From contig CAYXSW010000002.1 of assembly GCA_964467915.1 (NCBI GenBank), positions 50,403 to 114,402 on the forward strand: 64,000 nt of DNA, written 5' to 3'. Below are positions 31,268 to 42,331 of the stretch, piece by piece. The stretch is from an uncultured Marinoscillum sp. GTDB lineage: Bacteria; Bacteroidota; Bacteroidia; Cytophagales; MED-G16. Under the pieces are notes generated by a model. It was given only the letters and a program-made list of their open reading frames with translations. It had not been told where the DNA came from and did not search any database. How positions within the stretch are numbered: the stretch's first letter is position 1; each line of letters opens with the position of its first letter. The position numbers were made by a program, and so were the translations under genes.

Positions 31268-31774
31268 ATGAAAAAAATATTTCTATTTATAGTCACCCTT
31301 TTAATTTCAGATATATCGTATTCTCAAATACAAAGAGGAAATAACTTGCAAAGAAGGGGGATGATAGACAGAGATCAGATAAAGGAGAGGTTAGAAATGA
31401 GGAAGGAGTCAATGCAAAATAGAGGAAATGACCCTCTAATTTTACTGAATCTAACCGAGGAACAGAGGAAATCATTTAAAGAGATTAATTCAAAACATCT
31501 ATCTACTGTAAAAACAATAAAAAAAGAGATGATGAAGAAAAAATTAGAAATGCAGCTAGAGAAGATGGAAGATAAAATTGATATAAGTTTAGTTAATAAG
31601 TTAATAGATGATTTGTCTGATCTAGAAGCTGAGTTAAGGAAGTCTGAATTTAGTAGAAATTTAGAAATTAGGTCTCTACTTGATGACGAACAAGAAATGA
31701 GATTCGAGAGGATGATGCAAAGTAAGAAGATGATGGAGAAAAATAAAATGATGAGAAGAAATTCAAGAATATGA
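31268..31774 (+). CDS. Spy/CpxP/ZraP-like periplasmic chaperone
   Basis: Signal peptide (YS|Q), two LTxxQ-type motifs (LNLTEEQ, LLDDEQ), all-helical, Met/Arg-rich ends. Confidence 0.8.
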   Translation: MKKIFLFIVTLLISDISYSQIQRGNNLQRRGMIDRDQIKERLEMRKESMQNRGNDPLILLNLTEEQRKSFKEINSKHLSTVKTIKKEMMKKKLEMQLEKMEDKIDISLVNKLIDDLSDLEAELRKSEFSRNLEIRSLLDDEQEMRFERMMQSKKMMEKNKMMRRNSRI

Positions 31775-31822
31775 TTCAAGGACATGTTTCATACTAAGTA
31801 AGGTTTAACAACAATTCATACC

Positions 31823-31850
31823 AAAAGCCCGATTTTTCGGGCTTTTTTTT
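31823..31850 (+). terminator. Intrinsic terminator after the Spy-like gene
   Basis: AAAAGCCCGA-TTTT-TCGGGCTTTT followed by further Ts. Confidence 0.9.
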
Positions 31851-31857
31851 ATCTTTG
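31850..31857 (+). promoter_or_regulatory. Sigma-A -7 element (MATE)
   Basis: TATCTTTG overlapping the terminator T tract, 5 nt before ATG 31863. Confidence 0.6.
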
Positions 31858-31862
31858 CCAAG

Positions 31863-33185
31863 ATGAAATTGAGTTATCATATAAGAGAAAACCTTCATCT
31901 CTCTTTTCCAATCATGATTAGCCAGTTAGGACACATCACTGTTGGTGTTGTAGATAGTCTCATGATAGGAAATATTTCTGTTACTCAGCTTGCGGCAGTA
32001 TCTCTGTCATCTTCAATTTTTGGATTTATTCTCTTGTTTTGCATTGGGTTATCCTATGGGATCACTCCACTTATTTCATCAAAAAAATCTGATGAAAGTT
32101 ACATCTCAAATATTTTTTATAATGGCATGTATCTCAATCTTTTTTTTACAATAGCTCTTGTGCTAATAACTGTTTACTCAAAGTTCTTTCTTAAGTATTT
32201 TATTCAAGATCTAGAGGTATTATCATTTACCTACAGATACTTAGATATAATATGTATATCTCTCATTCCTTTAATGTTATTTCAAACTTTTAAACAATTT
32301 ATAGAAGGATTAGGATATACTAAACCCGCTATGTTTATATCGATTTTTTCAAATATTTTAAACATAGTCCTTAATGCAATTTTAATTTTTGGTTTATTTG
32401 GATTTCCTAGGTTAGAAATAATTGGTGCAGCTTATGCTACTTTAATAAGTAGAGTTTTAATGTTTCTTCTTATTTTAATTTACTGTCTTAATAGTAAAAA
32501 ATTTAATAGTATTATTCTTGGGGTTAACACATCATTGAATTACAAATCATTAAGATTAATTTTTGGAATTGGGTTTACTTCTGGCTTGCAGTATATTTTT
32601 GAGGTAGGTGCTTTTAGTGTTGCCACAGTTATTATAGGGTCAATGGGTGCTATACAGTTAGCTTCACACCAGATAGCATTAAATTTAGCTAGTATCTCAT
32701 ATATGGTTGCATCTGGTATAGGTTCTGCTTCAATGATATCGTTAGGTCATTATTATGGAATTGGAGACAGAACTGAAATTAGAAAATCTGGCTACTCAAA
32801 CTTTATACTTGTTTTTATTCTAATGTGTTTTTCTGCTTTCATTTTCATTTATTTTAGAGATATTCTTCCGGCATTTTATGTAGATAATCTTGAAGTAATA
32901 TCATTAGCATCATCTCTTTTAATTGTCGCTGGTTTATTTCAGTTATCAGATGGTCTTCAGGCTGTTGGACTTGGGGTACTAAGGGGAATAAGAGACACAA
33001 AAGTTCCGACGATACTTACATTTATATCATATTGGATAATTTCTATTCCACTTTCTTATTTTCTTGGAGTTAATTATGGATATGGAGTCTTTGGGGTTTG
33101 GATTGGGTTAAGTGTAGGATTAACTATCGCCGCAGTTTTCCATGTTGTTCGTTTTCATTATCTTACGACCACCAAAAAAATATGA
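31863..33185 (+). CDS. MATE family efflux transporter (NorM-like)
   Basis: PIMISQLG...VDSLMIG, FKQFIEGLG, ASHQIAL, QLSDGLQAVGLGVLRG; 12 TM pattern. Confidence 0.95.
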   Translation: MKLSYHIRENLHLSFPIMISQLGHITVGVVDSLMIGNISVTQLAAVSLSSSIFGFILLFCIGLSYGITPLISSKKSDESYISNIFYNGMYLNLFFTIALVLITVYSKFFLKYFIQDLEVLSFTYRYLDIICISLIPLMLFQTFKQFIEGLGYTKPAMFISIFSNILNIVLNAILIFGLFGFPRLEIIGAAYATLISRVLMFLLILIYCLNSKKFNSIILGVNTSLNYKSLRLIFGIGFTSGLQYIFEVGAFSVATVIIGSMGAIQLASHQIALNLASISYMVASGIGSASMISLGHYYGIGDRTEIRKSGYSNFILVFILMCFSAFIFIYFRDILPAFYVDNLEVISLASSLLIVAGLFQLSDGLQAVGLGVLRGIRDTKVPTILTFISYWIISIPLSYFLGVNYGYGVFGVWIGLSVGLTIAAVFHVVRFHYLTTTKKI

Positions 33186-33907
33186 AAATTTTCACAGTAT
33201 TATATTCTTTATATGGGTTGCTAGTTTTCTCATCATTATTCATTTTTTTTTCTATCCCATTACTTTTAGGAATATGGTTTAAAAAATTAAAGAGGATGGC
33301 TTATTGGGCTCATCATAAAATAGCCAGAATATTTTTCACTTTAATTTTTATTCCAATGAAAATTAGGTACGAGGAAGGGGTTTACTTAAAAAGTCAGTAT
33401 GTAATAATAGCTAATCATTTTTCTTATATTGATATTCCAGCATTAGCAGCTCTAAATATTCCTTTTAAATTTATTGGAAAAATGCAAGTAAATAATATCC
33501 CTGTTCTGGGCTATATCTTCAAAAATCTTCATATAATGGTAGATAGAGACAGTAAAGACAGTCGTAAACAAACTTATATTGAATCATTTAGGTCTTTAGA
33601 CGAAGGACATAGTATAGGTATTTTTCCAGAAGGTGGAATAAAGACTGAGAAAGTGCCTGCTATGGCACCATTTAAAAACGGAGCCTTTGCTATGGCTCTA
33701 GAAAAACAAATTCCTATTCTTCCTGTATCTCTTATTGGTGCATACAAGATTATGAAAGGCTCATTCTACATTAATTGGAGTCCTTGTGAAATAATATGCC
33801 ATAAACCTATCTCAACCGAGGGGTATTCTACTAAGGATGTTGATAAATTTAGAGATAAATGCTATGAGATTCTTCAGGCTGAGTTAGACAAATCATACGA
33901 GGAATAA
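33182..33907 (+). CDS. plsC: 1-acyl-sn-glycerol-3-phosphate acyltransferase
   Basis: NHFSYID (HX4D), FPEGG, FKNGAF; start moved from 33098 to ATG 33182 (ATGA overlap with MATE). Confidence 0.9.
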   Translation: MKIFTVLYSLYGLLVFSSLFIFFSIPLLLGIWFKKLKRMAYWAHHKIARIFFTLIFIPMKIRYEEGVYLKSQYVIIANHFSYIDIPALAALNIPFKFIGKMQVNNIPVLGYIFKNLHIMVDRDSKDSRKQTYIESFRSLDEGHSIGIFPEGGIKTEKVPAMAPFKNGAFAMALEKQIPILPVSLIGAYKIMKGSFYINWSPCEIICHKPISTEGYSTKDVDKFRDKCYEILQAELDKSYEE

Positions 33908-33956
33908 GATATTTTTTTGATAAATTAATTCCTCTAAAAAAACTAACTTTATTGTA

Positions 33957-35465
33957 ATGTCGACTAATAAATTTAATTACGGAGAAGGTAAGTTGTCTTA
34001 TCAGGTTGCAATAGATATTGCCGTGGGTAAATTGCAAGGTAAAATATCTTCAAATCAAAAATCAAAAATTTCTTCTTCAAGAAGTAGAGTTGAGAGCGCT
34101 TTAACTTCTAATGAAGTTATTTATGGAATAAATACTGGCTTTGGTGCATTATGTAATACTGTTATTTCTCAAAATGATGCTAATACACTTCAAGAAAATC
34201 TTCTAAAGAGTCACGCTGTAGGAGTTGGGCCTAATGTCCCAAAAATTGTTTCAAAACTTATGATGATTTTAAAGGTTCATTCTTTATCAATGGGATATTC
34301 TGGAGTATCAATTGAGTTAATTGATAGAATTTGTTGGCATATAGACAATGATATTATTCCTGTAGTACCGTCAAAAGGTTCAGTTGGAGCTTCTGGAGAT
34401 CTTGCACCTTTAGCTCATTTATTTTTACCTTTAATTGGTCATGGAAAAGTTTATTTTAAGGGAAAAAAAATAAAATCAGTGGATGCTCTTTCAATAGAGA
34501 ACAAAAAAACTCTTGAAATAAAAGAAAAGGAGGGTTTAGCTTTAATTAATGGGACACAATTCATAGCAGCCTATGCTTGCTGTTCTTTGAGTAGATTTTA
34601 TAATTGTTTACAGAATGCAGATATAATATCTGCTATTTCTGTAGAGGGAACTTTAAGTTCAGTTATTCCATTTACCAAAGAAATTTCTGACCTTAGACCA
34701 TTCAGAGGATCAATAGAAGTCTCAAAAAAAATAAGGAACTTTTTAGATAATTCTCAGGTTGTAAAATCACATGAGGACTGTGATAAAGTCCAAGATCCAT
34801 ATTCAATTAGATGTATACCACAAGTTCATGGGGCAAGTTGGGATGCTTTTTATTATTTAGAGAGTATGGTAAATACTGAATTAAACTCTGTCACAGACAA
34901 TCCAATTGTTTTGGAGAATGGTAATGTAGTGAGTGGAGGTAATTTTCACGGACAACCTCTTGCTATACCAATTGATTACAATGTTATTGCTGCCTCAGAA
35001 TTAGGAAACATTTCTGATAGAAGAATTTATCTTTTACTAAAAGGAAATCATAAGGTGCCTAAACTACTTTTAAAAAATACTGGTTTAAATTCTGGCTTTA
35101 TGATACTTCAATATACTTCAGCAGCTCTCGTTAGTGAAAATAAAAATCTATGTTTCCCATCAAGTGCAGATTCCATAACAACTTCTCTAGGCCAAGAAGA
35201 TCATGTTAGTATGGGCTCTATAGGTTCAGTGAAATTATTAAGAATTATAAAGAATTTAGAAAAGATTCTAGCTGTTGAACTTTTATGTTCATCTCAGGCA
35301 TTTGATTTCTTAAAGCCTCTTACATCTGGCAAAAAAGTTGATAAGTGTCATGATTACATTAGAACAAAAATTCGTCATTGTGAGAATGATAAATTATTTA
35401 TAGAAGATTTAAGAGAGGCAATCAAAATAATTAAGTCAAAAAAATTAGTTCAATTAATTTCTTGA
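33957..35465 (+). CDS. hutH: Histidine ammonia-lyase
   Basis: [20 protein letters not shown] (ASG MIO triad), [23 protein letters not shown]. Confidence 0.97.
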   Translation: MSTNKFNYGEGKLSYQVAIDIAVGKLQGKISSNQKSKISSSRSRVESALTSNEVIYGINTGFGALCNTVISQNDANTLQENLLKSHAVGVGPNVPKIVSKLMMILKVHSLSMGYSGVSIELIDRICWHIDNDIIPVVPSKGSVGASGDLAPLAHLFLPLIGHGKVYFKGKKIKSVDALSIENKKTLEIKEKEGLALINGTQFIAAYACCSLSRFYNCLQNADIISAISVEGTLSSVIPFTKEISDLRPFRGSIEVSKKIRNFLDNSQVVKSHEDCDKVQDPYSIRCIPQVHGASWDAFYYLESMVNTELNSVTDNPIVLENGNVVSGGNFHGQPLAIPIDYNVIAASELGNISDRRIYLLLKGNHKVPKLLLKNTGLNSGFMILQYTSAALVSENKNLCFPSSADSITTSLGQEDHVSMGSIGSVKLLRIIKNLEKILAVELLCSSQAFDFLKPLTSGKKVDKCHDYIRTKIRHCENDKLFIEDLREAIKIIKSKKLVQLIS

Positions 35466-35466
35466 A

Positions 35467-37137
35467 ATGAATACAGCAAGTTTTATAGATAAGTATGCAA
35501 ATCACCCCAATTATAAGGCGCCAATGGGAAATAAATTAAATGCTAAGAGTTGGCAGACAGAAGCACCCCTGAGAATGCTTCTTAACAACCTCAACTCTGA
35601 AGTTGCTGAGGATCCATCAAACCTTATAGTATATGGTGGTTCTGGGCAGGCAGCAAGAGATACGAAATCAGTTAAAAAAATTATTGATATTCTTCTTAAA
35701 CTTGAGAATGATGAGAGTTTACTTATTCAATCTGGAAAGCCTGTTGGTAAGGTAAGAACTCATGAGCAGTCGCCAAGAGTGTTAATAGCAAATTCTAACT
35801 TAGTCCCAGAATGGGCAAATTGGGAACACTTTGAAAAGTTAAAAAAAGATGGACTTATGATGTATGGTCAGATGACTGCTGGGAGTTGGATTTATATTGG
35901 AACTCAAGGTATTCTTCAGGGCACATATGAGACATTTGCTGCATGTGCTAATAAGCATTTTGGTGGAAGTTTGAGAGGAAAGTTATTAGTGTCTGGAGGC
36001 CTTGGTGGAATGGGTGGGGCACAACCTCTGGCAGCCACAATGGTTGGAGCAACCTTTTTAGGTGCAGATATTGATCCTCGAAGAATAGAGAAAAGGTTAA
36101 AAACAAGATATATTGATAAAATGACAGATTCTTACGTAGAGGCAAGGAACTGGGCGCTTGAATCAAAGAAAAAGAATAAAAACATTTCAATAGGATTAGT
36201 AAGTGATATTGGCGACATGCTGGAAAATTTAATTAATGATGGTATTATTCCAGAAGTGTTGACTGATCAGACTTCTGCTCATGATCCTGTTTTTGGGTAC
36301 ATACCCAATGGTATAAACCTAGAAAAAGCTGAGAAGTTAAGAGAGAAAGATCAAAAAAAATACAAGGATTTATCTTTAAAGAGTATGGCAAGGCATGTTT
36401 CTTTTATGTTAAAAATGCAGGAAATGGGATCAATTACATTTGACTACGGAAATAATTTAAGAGAATTTGCAAAACAAGGAGGTGAAAAAGATTCTTTTAA
36501 TTTTAATGGTTTTGTGCCTGATTACATTAGACCATTATTTTGTGAAGGCAAGGGGCCATTTAGATGGGCAGCTTTATCAGGAGATCCTAAAGATATTTTT
36601 ACTACTGACAGGGCTCTTATTGAAGCCTTTCCAGAAAATAAAGACATGATAAATTGGCTCTCACAGGCTCAAGATAAAATTCAATTTCAGGGATTGCCTT
36701 GTAGAATTTGTTGGTTGGGTATGGGTGAGAGAGAAAAAGCAGGTGTGATTTTTAATGATCTAGTTAAAAGTGGTAAGGTGTCAGCGCCTATAGTCATAGG
36801 AAGAGATCATTTAGATTGTGGTTCGGTTGCATCTCCTAATCGCGAGACAGAAGGTATGATTGATGGTTCAGATGCTGTATCTGATTGGCCTCTATTAAAC
36901 TTGATGTCAAATACTGCAGGCGGTGCTACTTGGGTTTCTTTTCATCATGGAGGTGGCGTAGGTATGGGATATTCACAACATGCTGGAATGGTTGTTCTGG
37001 TAGATGGGACAGAAAGAGCTGAGAAATGTATAAGAAGGGTTTTGCATAATGATCCAGCTATGGGTGTTTTTAGGCACAATGACGCAGGATATGATGTTGC
37101 TAATAAATACTTGAAGAAGTTTAATTTAGATTTATAA
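35467..37137 (+). CDS. hutU: Urocanate hydratase
   Basis: [61 protein letters not shown]. Confidence 0.98.
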   Translation: MNTASFIDKYANHPNYKAPMGNKLNAKSWQTEAPLRMLLNNLNSEVAEDPSNLIVYGGSGQAARDTKSVKKIIDILLKLENDESLLIQSGKPVGKVRTHEQSPRVLIANSNLVPEWANWEHFEKLKKDGLMMYGQMTAGSWIYIGTQGILQGTYETFAACANKHFGGSLRGKLLVSGGLGGMGGAQPLAATMVGATFLGADIDPRRIEKRLKTRYIDKMTDSYVEARNWALESKKKNKNISIGLVSDIGDMLENLINDGIIPEVLTDQTSAHDPVFGYIPNGINLEKAEKLREKDQKKYKDLSLKSMARHVSFMLKMQEMGSITFDYGNNLREFAKQGGEKDSFNFNGFVPDYIRPLFCEGKGPFRWAALSGDPKDIFTTDRALIEAFPENKDMINWLSQAQDKIQFQGLPCRICWLGMGEREKAGVIFNDLVKSGKVSAPIVIGRDHLDCGSVASPNRETEGMIDGSDAVSDWPLLNLMSNTAGGATWVSFHHGGGVGMGYSQHAGMVVLVDGTERAEKCIRRVLHNDPAMGVFRHNDAGYDVANKYLKKFNLDL

Positions 37138-37139
37138 TA

Positions 37140-38357
37140 TTGAGACAACTTATTGGTCCTTTTACACAAATTATTACAATGGCAAATCTACCTGAAAGGG
37201 GTATAATTAACGATGATAATCTTCATATAATTGAGGAAGGAGGTGTTGTTGTCGAGGGTGAAAAAATTTTAGGTGTAGGATCTTTTTCTGAATTAAGTAA
37301 GAATATTTCCAATGTGAAAGAAATAGAATTTCCTAGTGTTCTTTTGCCAGGGCTTATTGATTCTCATACTCATGTCTGTCATTATGGGAGTAGATCAGAT
37401 GAGTATTCTAAAAGAAATTCTGGGGTTTCATACCAACAAATTTTAGAAGAGGGAGGAGGCATCCATAACACAATGATATCAACTTCTTCTTGTTCTGATA
37501 AAGAATTAAAAAAAGATACACTAAAAAGACTAAAAAGACATTTTGAAGAGGGGGTACTTACTTGTGAAGTCAAAAGTGGGTATGCACCTAACTTAGATGA
37601 TGAAATAAGAATGCTTAAAATAATTAATGAAATTGACAATAATAATTTGATTGATTTAATTCCTACATGTCTTGCTGCACATGTAACACCTAAAAACTTT
37701 GAGTCATCTGGAAGTTATTTGGATTCAATAATTAAAGATTTATTACCAAAAATAAAAACTGAAAATTTAGCTGATAGAGTGGATATATTTATTGAAGAAA
37801 AAGCATTTTCAGTTAGAGAGGCACAAACTTTTTTATCCTCTATAAAAAATGACTTTTCAATTACAGCTCATGCCAATCAATTTACCTCAGGAGGATTAAA
37901 AGTCGGTGTGGATTGTGGGGCAGTTAGTGTAGATCACTTGGAAGTGATTACTGATAAAGAAATTGATTATTTATCAAAGTCTGAAACTACTGGTGTTGTC
38001 TTACCTGGATGTAGTTTAGGTTTAGGTATACCTTTCGCCCCTGCAAGAAAATTATTAGATAATAATTGTAAGCTAGCTATAGCATCTGATTGGAATCCGG
38101 GGTCTGCACCAATGGGAGATTTACTAACTCAAGCTTCTCTTTTAGGGTCAATAGAAAGATTATCAAACGCAGAGGTTTTTGCAGGAATTACATGCAGATC
38201 TGCTAAAGCATTATCTTTATTTGATAGAGGGACTTTAGAAGAAGGTAAAATAGCAGATCTTATTGCATTTCAAACAAATGACTTTAGAGAAATTCTTTAC
38301 AACCAAGGAAAGTTAAAACCTTACTTTATCTGTAAAAGAGGAAAAATCTATAATTAA
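37140..38357 (+). CDS. hutI: Imidazolonepropionase
   Basis: PGLIDSHTH, EVKSGY, AHANQ, SVDHLE, ASDWNPGS; TTG start; follows hutU. Confidence 0.95.
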   Translation: MRQLIGPFTQIITMANLPERGIINDDNLHIIEEGGVVVEGEKILGVGSFSELSKNISNVKEIEFPSVLLPGLIDSHTHVCHYGSRSDEYSKRNSGVSYQQILEEGGGIHNTMISTSSCSDKELKKDTLKRLKRHFEEGVLTCEVKSGYAPNLDDEIRMLKIINEIDNNNLIDLIPTCLAAHVTPKNFESSGSYLDSIIKDLLPKIKTENLADRVDIFIEEKAFSVREAQTFLSSIKNDFSITAHANQFTSGGLKVGVDCGAVSVDHLEVITDKEIDYLSKSETTGVVLPGCSLGLGIPFAPARKLLDNNCKLAIASDWNPGSAPMGDLLTQASLLGSIERLSNAEVFAGITCRSAKALSLFDRGTLEEGKIADLIAFQTNDFREILYNQGKLKPYFICKRGKIYN

Positions 38358-38373
38358 TAATTAATTTTAAACT

Positions 38374-40050
38374 GTGAATCAAATTATTGAATGTGTACCT
38401 AATTTTTCTGAGGGAAGGAATAAAGCTGTTATAAAAGAAATATCTGAGGCTATTTATAATACTAAGGGCGTAAACTTATTAAATGTAGATCCAGGTCAAA
38501 CAACTAATAGAACGGTAATGACTTTTGTTGGTGATCCCGATTCAGTTATATCTGCTGCTTTTAATGCTATTAAAGTAGCAAGTGAAAAAATTGATATGTC
38601 AAAACATAGTGGTGAGCACCCAAGATTTGGAGCTACTGATGTCTGTCCATTAATTCCAGTTTCTAACATTTCTTTTGAAGAACTTATTCCATATGCTGAA
38701 AAATTAGCTAATATGGTTTCTAAAAAATTAAACATTCCTATTTATTTATATGAGTATGCAGCAAGAGAAGAGAAAAGAAGAAATTTAGCTAATGTAAGAT
38801 CTGGAGAGTATGAAGGACTAGATAAAAAAATAAATAGTGAAGATTGGAAACCTGATTTTGGAAAGGAATTTAATAAAAAGTCAGGTGCTACAGCGATTGG
38901 GGTAAGAGATTTTCTTATAGCGTACAATATAAACCTTAACACTAAGTCTACTAGACTTGCTAATGCAATTGCATTTGATGTTAGAGAGAAGGGTAGAATT
39001 AAAAGAAAGGGTCATCCAGTTATTGGTGAAATTGTTTATGATAAAAACGGTAATCCAGAAACAATTCCTGGATCACTAAAATATGTAAAGGCAATTGGTT
39101 GGTATATAGAAGAATTTGGTATTTCTCAAATTTCTATGAATCTAACAAATATTACTGAGACACCTATTCATACAGTTTTTGATGAAGTTGTAAAAAAAGC
39201 AAATACAAGAGGGGCAAGTGTTACAGGATCAGAATTAGTAGGTTTAATACCTTTAAAATCTATGATTGAGGCTGGTAAATATTTTTTAAAGAAACAAAAT
39301 AGGTCTGTAGGCATTCCTGAAGAAGATATTATTAAAATAGCTATTGAGTCTTTAGGATTAAATCAACTAAAGGAATTTAATCCTGATAAAAATATTATTG
39401 AATATTATCTAAATAATATATTAGAAAAGAAAAGTAAACTTATTGATCTTTCTGTTACAGGATTTTCTGATGAAGTTTCTAGAGAAACACCAGCACCAGG
39501 AGGAGGTTCTGTATCATCATACGTTGGTGCACTTGGAGCTTCTCTAGCTGGGATGGTTGCAAACCTCTCATGTAACACTAGAGGATGGGAAGATAAGGTT
39601 GGAAAATTTAGTGAAATGGCAATAAGGGTAAATAAGATAAGAGAGAAATTAATTTCTCTAGTAGACGAAGATGCTAATTCTTTTAATAGCATTATGGAAG
39701 CCTACAAATTACCAAAGGATACTAAGGAAAATAAAATAAATAGATCTAAAGCAATAAAAGACGCTACCTTATATGCAGCACAAATACCTTTAAATATTAT
39801 GATTGAGTCATTCAATTCATATGATATAATTGAGTCTTTATCGATTGAAGGAAATCAAAATTCCATTTCAGATTCTGGAGTTGCTTGTTTGTGTGTTCAT
39901 ACTGCTATTTATGGAGCATATCTTAACGTAAAAATAAATTTGAAAGATGCTAACGTAGGTGATGATATAATGAAAAAAGCAGAAAAAATTATAAAGGAAT
40001 CACATTTAAGAAAAGAAAAAATAATGAAATTAGTAGAAGAAAAAATATAA
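38374..40050 (+). CDS. ftcD: Bifunctional glutamate formimidoyltransferase / formiminotetrahydrofolate cyclodeaminase
   Basis: IECVPNFSEGR, HPRFGATDVCP, QISMNL, then PAPGGGSVS cyclodeaminase domain; GTG start. Confidence 0.94.
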   Translation: MNQIIECVPNFSEGRNKAVIKEISEAIYNTKGVNLLNVDPGQTTNRTVMTFVGDPDSVISAAFNAIKVASEKIDMSKHSGEHPRFGATDVCPLIPVSNISFEELIPYAEKLANMVSKKLNIPIYLYEYAAREEKRRNLANVRSGEYEGLDKKINSEDWKPDFGKEFNKKSGATAIGVRDFLIAYNINLNTKSTRLANAIAFDVREKGRIKRKGHPVIGEIVYDKNGNPETIPGSLKYVKAIGWYIEEFGISQISMNLTNITETPIHTVFDEVVKKANTRGASVTGSELVGLIPLKSMIEAGKYFLKKQNRSVGIPEEDIIKIAIESLGLNQLKEFNPDKNIIEYYLNNILEKKSKLIDLSVTGFSDEVSRETPAPGGGSVSSYVGALGASLAGMVANLSCNTRGWEDKVGKFSEMAIRVNKIREKLISLVDEDANSFNSIMEAYKLPKDTKENKINRSKAIKDATLYAAQIPLNIMIESFNSYDIIESLSIEGNQNSISDSGVACLCVHTAIYGAYLNVKINLKDANVGDDIMKKAEKIIKESHLRKEKIMKLVEEKI

Positions 40051-40077
40051 TTTCTACTTTTATAAAACTTTGATAAT

Positions 40078-41778
40078 ATGCAGGAATTTAATGAATTTTT
40101 AATTTTTATTGATCAGTACTTAGGAAGTTCTTCTTGGTTTGTCCCCCTGTTATTAGGAACAGGTATTTTCTTTACAATTTATTTAAAATTCCCTCAAATA
40201 AGATATTTTGGTTTTGCTCTTCGTGTAGTGAGAGGTAAATTTGATAAAAAGGATGATCAAGGTGATACGTCTCATTTTCAAGCTCTGACAACTGCACTCT
40301 CAGGAACTGTTGGAACGGGTAATATCGCCGGGGTAGCTTTTGCGATTCATCTTGGTGGTCCTGCTGCATTATTTTGGATGTTGGTAACTGCAATGGTTGG
40401 TATGACAACAAAGTTTGTTGAAGTTACTTTGTCACATAAGTACAGAGAAAAAATATCTGATGGGACAATGTCAGGAGGCCCAATGTATTTTATGAAAAAT
40501 GCTGATTTTATACTTTTTGGAAAAAAAGTCAACCTGAAATGGGTAGGAATAATGTTTGCTTTTGCAACAGTCTTATCTTCTTTTGGTACCGGTAGTTTGC
40601 CTCAGATAAATAGTATATCTAACTCAATGTTTGCCTCCTTCGGGATTGATAAAATGATAACCGGTGGAATTCTTGCAGTTTTATTAGGGTCAGTAATTAT
40701 AGGAGGGATAAAAAGGATTGCGAGTATAACTGAAAAACTTGTTCCCTTTATGGCTCTAGTTTATGTCATTGGCGCTTTTTCTGTAATCTTTTTCAACTAT
40801 CAGAATATAATTCCATCTTTTATATCAATTTTTGCAGAAGTTTTTTCTGGTAGTGCAGCTGTGGGAGGGTTTTTAGGTGCATCTATATCCTTTGCAATCT
40901 CTAGAGGTGTGAATAGAGGTCTTTATTCTAATGAAGCTGGACAGGGGTCTGCCCCAATTGCTCATGCGTCTGCAAGAACTAATGAACCTGTATCAGAGGG
41001 CCTTGTTGCAATATTAGAACCATTTATTGATACTATTATAATATGTACTATAACAGGTCTTGTACTTCTTTCGTCTGGAGTATGGAATGAAAAACATGAA
41101 AACACTTTTGCTCAAGCCGACTTATTATTTTTAGACAAAATTTATTATGAGGATAATCAAGACGATGTTAATGTATTATTTAACTATTTAAATGGAAATA
41201 ATAGTTCTTTAAGTTTTTATGATGGGGAACTTAATATATCTGATGGTGTTTTTAATGAAAAAATTTCTGTTATTCATGCTAGATCTATAGCTGAAGAAAT
41301 ATTAATTTTTGATAAAGATGGTAAATTATTTAGTGGTAATTTAAAGATCGAGAATGGTAAATTTCAGGGTGACTTTATTGTAAAAGGGAAGTCTTTAGTT
41401 CATAGCGCTCCTCTTACAGCGTTAGCTTTTGATAGAGGTTTTTTTGGTAATTATGGAAACTATATTGTAAGTATAGGGCTGCTTTTATTTGCTTTTAGTA
41501 CTGCTATCTCCTGGTCATATTATGGAGACAGAGCTATGACATTCTTATTTGGTACTGGCTCAGTAATATATTACAGAGTTATATATGTTATAGGTTTCTT
41601 TGTTGCATCATTTGCGGATACTACTGTTATATGGAATGTCTCGTTAATTACTATTGCTCTTATGACAGTTCCAAATTTGATTGGGTTATTATGGTTAAGA
41701 AAAGAAGTTAGGTCTACAATAAAAAAATATTGGGTTGACTTTAAGAAAGAATGGCCTAATGAAGATACTCCAGAATAA
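40078..41778 (+). CDS. Alanine/glycine:cation symporter (AGCS)
   Basis: [58 protein letters not shown]. Confidence 0.95.
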   Translation: MQEFNEFLIFIDQYLGSSSWFVPLLLGTGIFFTIYLKFPQIRYFGFALRVVRGKFDKKDDQGDTSHFQALTTALSGTVGTGNIAGVAFAIHLGGPAALFWMLVTAMVGMTTKFVEVTLSHKYREKISDGTMSGGPMYFMKNADFILFGKKVNLKWVGIMFAFATVLSSFGTGSLPQINSISNSMFASFGIDKMITGGILAVLLGSVIIGGIKRIASITEKLVPFMALVYVIGAFSVIFFNYQNIIPSFISIFAEVFSGSAAVGGFLGASISFAISRGVNRGLYSNEAGQGSAPIAHASARTNEPVSEGLVAILEPFIDTIIICTITGLVLLSSGVWNEKHENTFAQADLLFLDKIYYEDNQDDVNVLFNYLNGNNSSLSFYDGELNISDGVFNEKISVIHARSIAEEILIFDKDGKLFSGNLKIENGKFQGDFIVKGKSLVHSAPLTALAFDRGFFGNYGNYIVSIGLLLFAFSTAISWSYYGDRAMTFLFGTGSVIYYRVIYVIGFFVASFADTTVIWNVSLITIALMTVPNLIGLLWLRKEVRSTIKKYWVDFKKEWPNEDTPE

Positions 41779-41779
41779 T

Positions 41780-42064
41780 CTACTTTATTTTCTTGTCAAT
41801 TTCACTTATTATATTTTCTATCTTATTAAAAGCATCTTTATTTTCATTTGATGCACTTTTATTGTCTTCGATTTCCACTGATAATTTAAATGCTATCATC
41901 GCTAATACATCTTGAAGGTCATCTATATTCATTTCACTCTTTATTTCAGAAATCTTTTTATTTAACTCTTTGCCAATATTTCTTATCTTTTGTTCTTCTT
42001 CTATTGGTACCTTCATGGGGTAAGACCTATTTCCAATAACTAATTTTATAGAAAGATTTCCCAA
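41780..42064 (-). CDS. zapA: Cell division protein ZapA
   Basis: SIKLVIGNRSYPMKV...EEQKIR...DLQDVLAMIA; downstream of pheT. Confidence 0.82.
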   Translation of the reverse strand: MGNLSIKLVIGNRSYPMKVPIEEEQKIRNIGKELNKKISEIKSEMNIDDLQDVLAMIAFKLSVEIEDNKSASNENKDAFNKIENIISEIDKKIK

Positions 42065-42065
42065 T

Positions 42066-42329
42066 TTATTTTCTAAGGTTATTAATTAAATTATCAATTT
42101 CACTTATTGTTGAGTCAATTTCTTCTTTTATATGAGTGGTTTCTGTTATAGGGTTTGGCGTGCCACTTTGATTTTTAATTTGATACTTTTTAATAATTAT
42201 ATCTATTTCTTTTTCTGTGATCTCTTGATTTAGGTTTTGATTTTTATGTTTTAGCTCGTTATATTTTTTGATCAAGAGTGAAAATTTACTCTCTAGTTCA
42301 ATTATTTTTTTATTTAAACTCTCAGACAT
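42066..42329 (-). CDS. Coiled-coil hypothetical protein (ZapB-like position)
   Basis: 87-aa helical protein between pheT and zapA; ends EEIDSTISEIDNLINNL. Confidence 0.65.
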   Translation of the reverse strand: MSESLNKKIIELESKFSLLIKKYNELKHKNQNLNQEITEKEIDIIIKKYQIKNQSGTPNPITETTHIKEEIDSTISEIDNLINNLRK

Positions 42330-42331
42330 AA

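Noticed and set aside
31375-31785. 136-aa hydrophobic ORF antisense to the Spy-like gene
   Set aside because: Its apparent hydrophobicity is the expected reverse reading of Lys/Glu/Met-rich codons; I have no independent evidence of expression.
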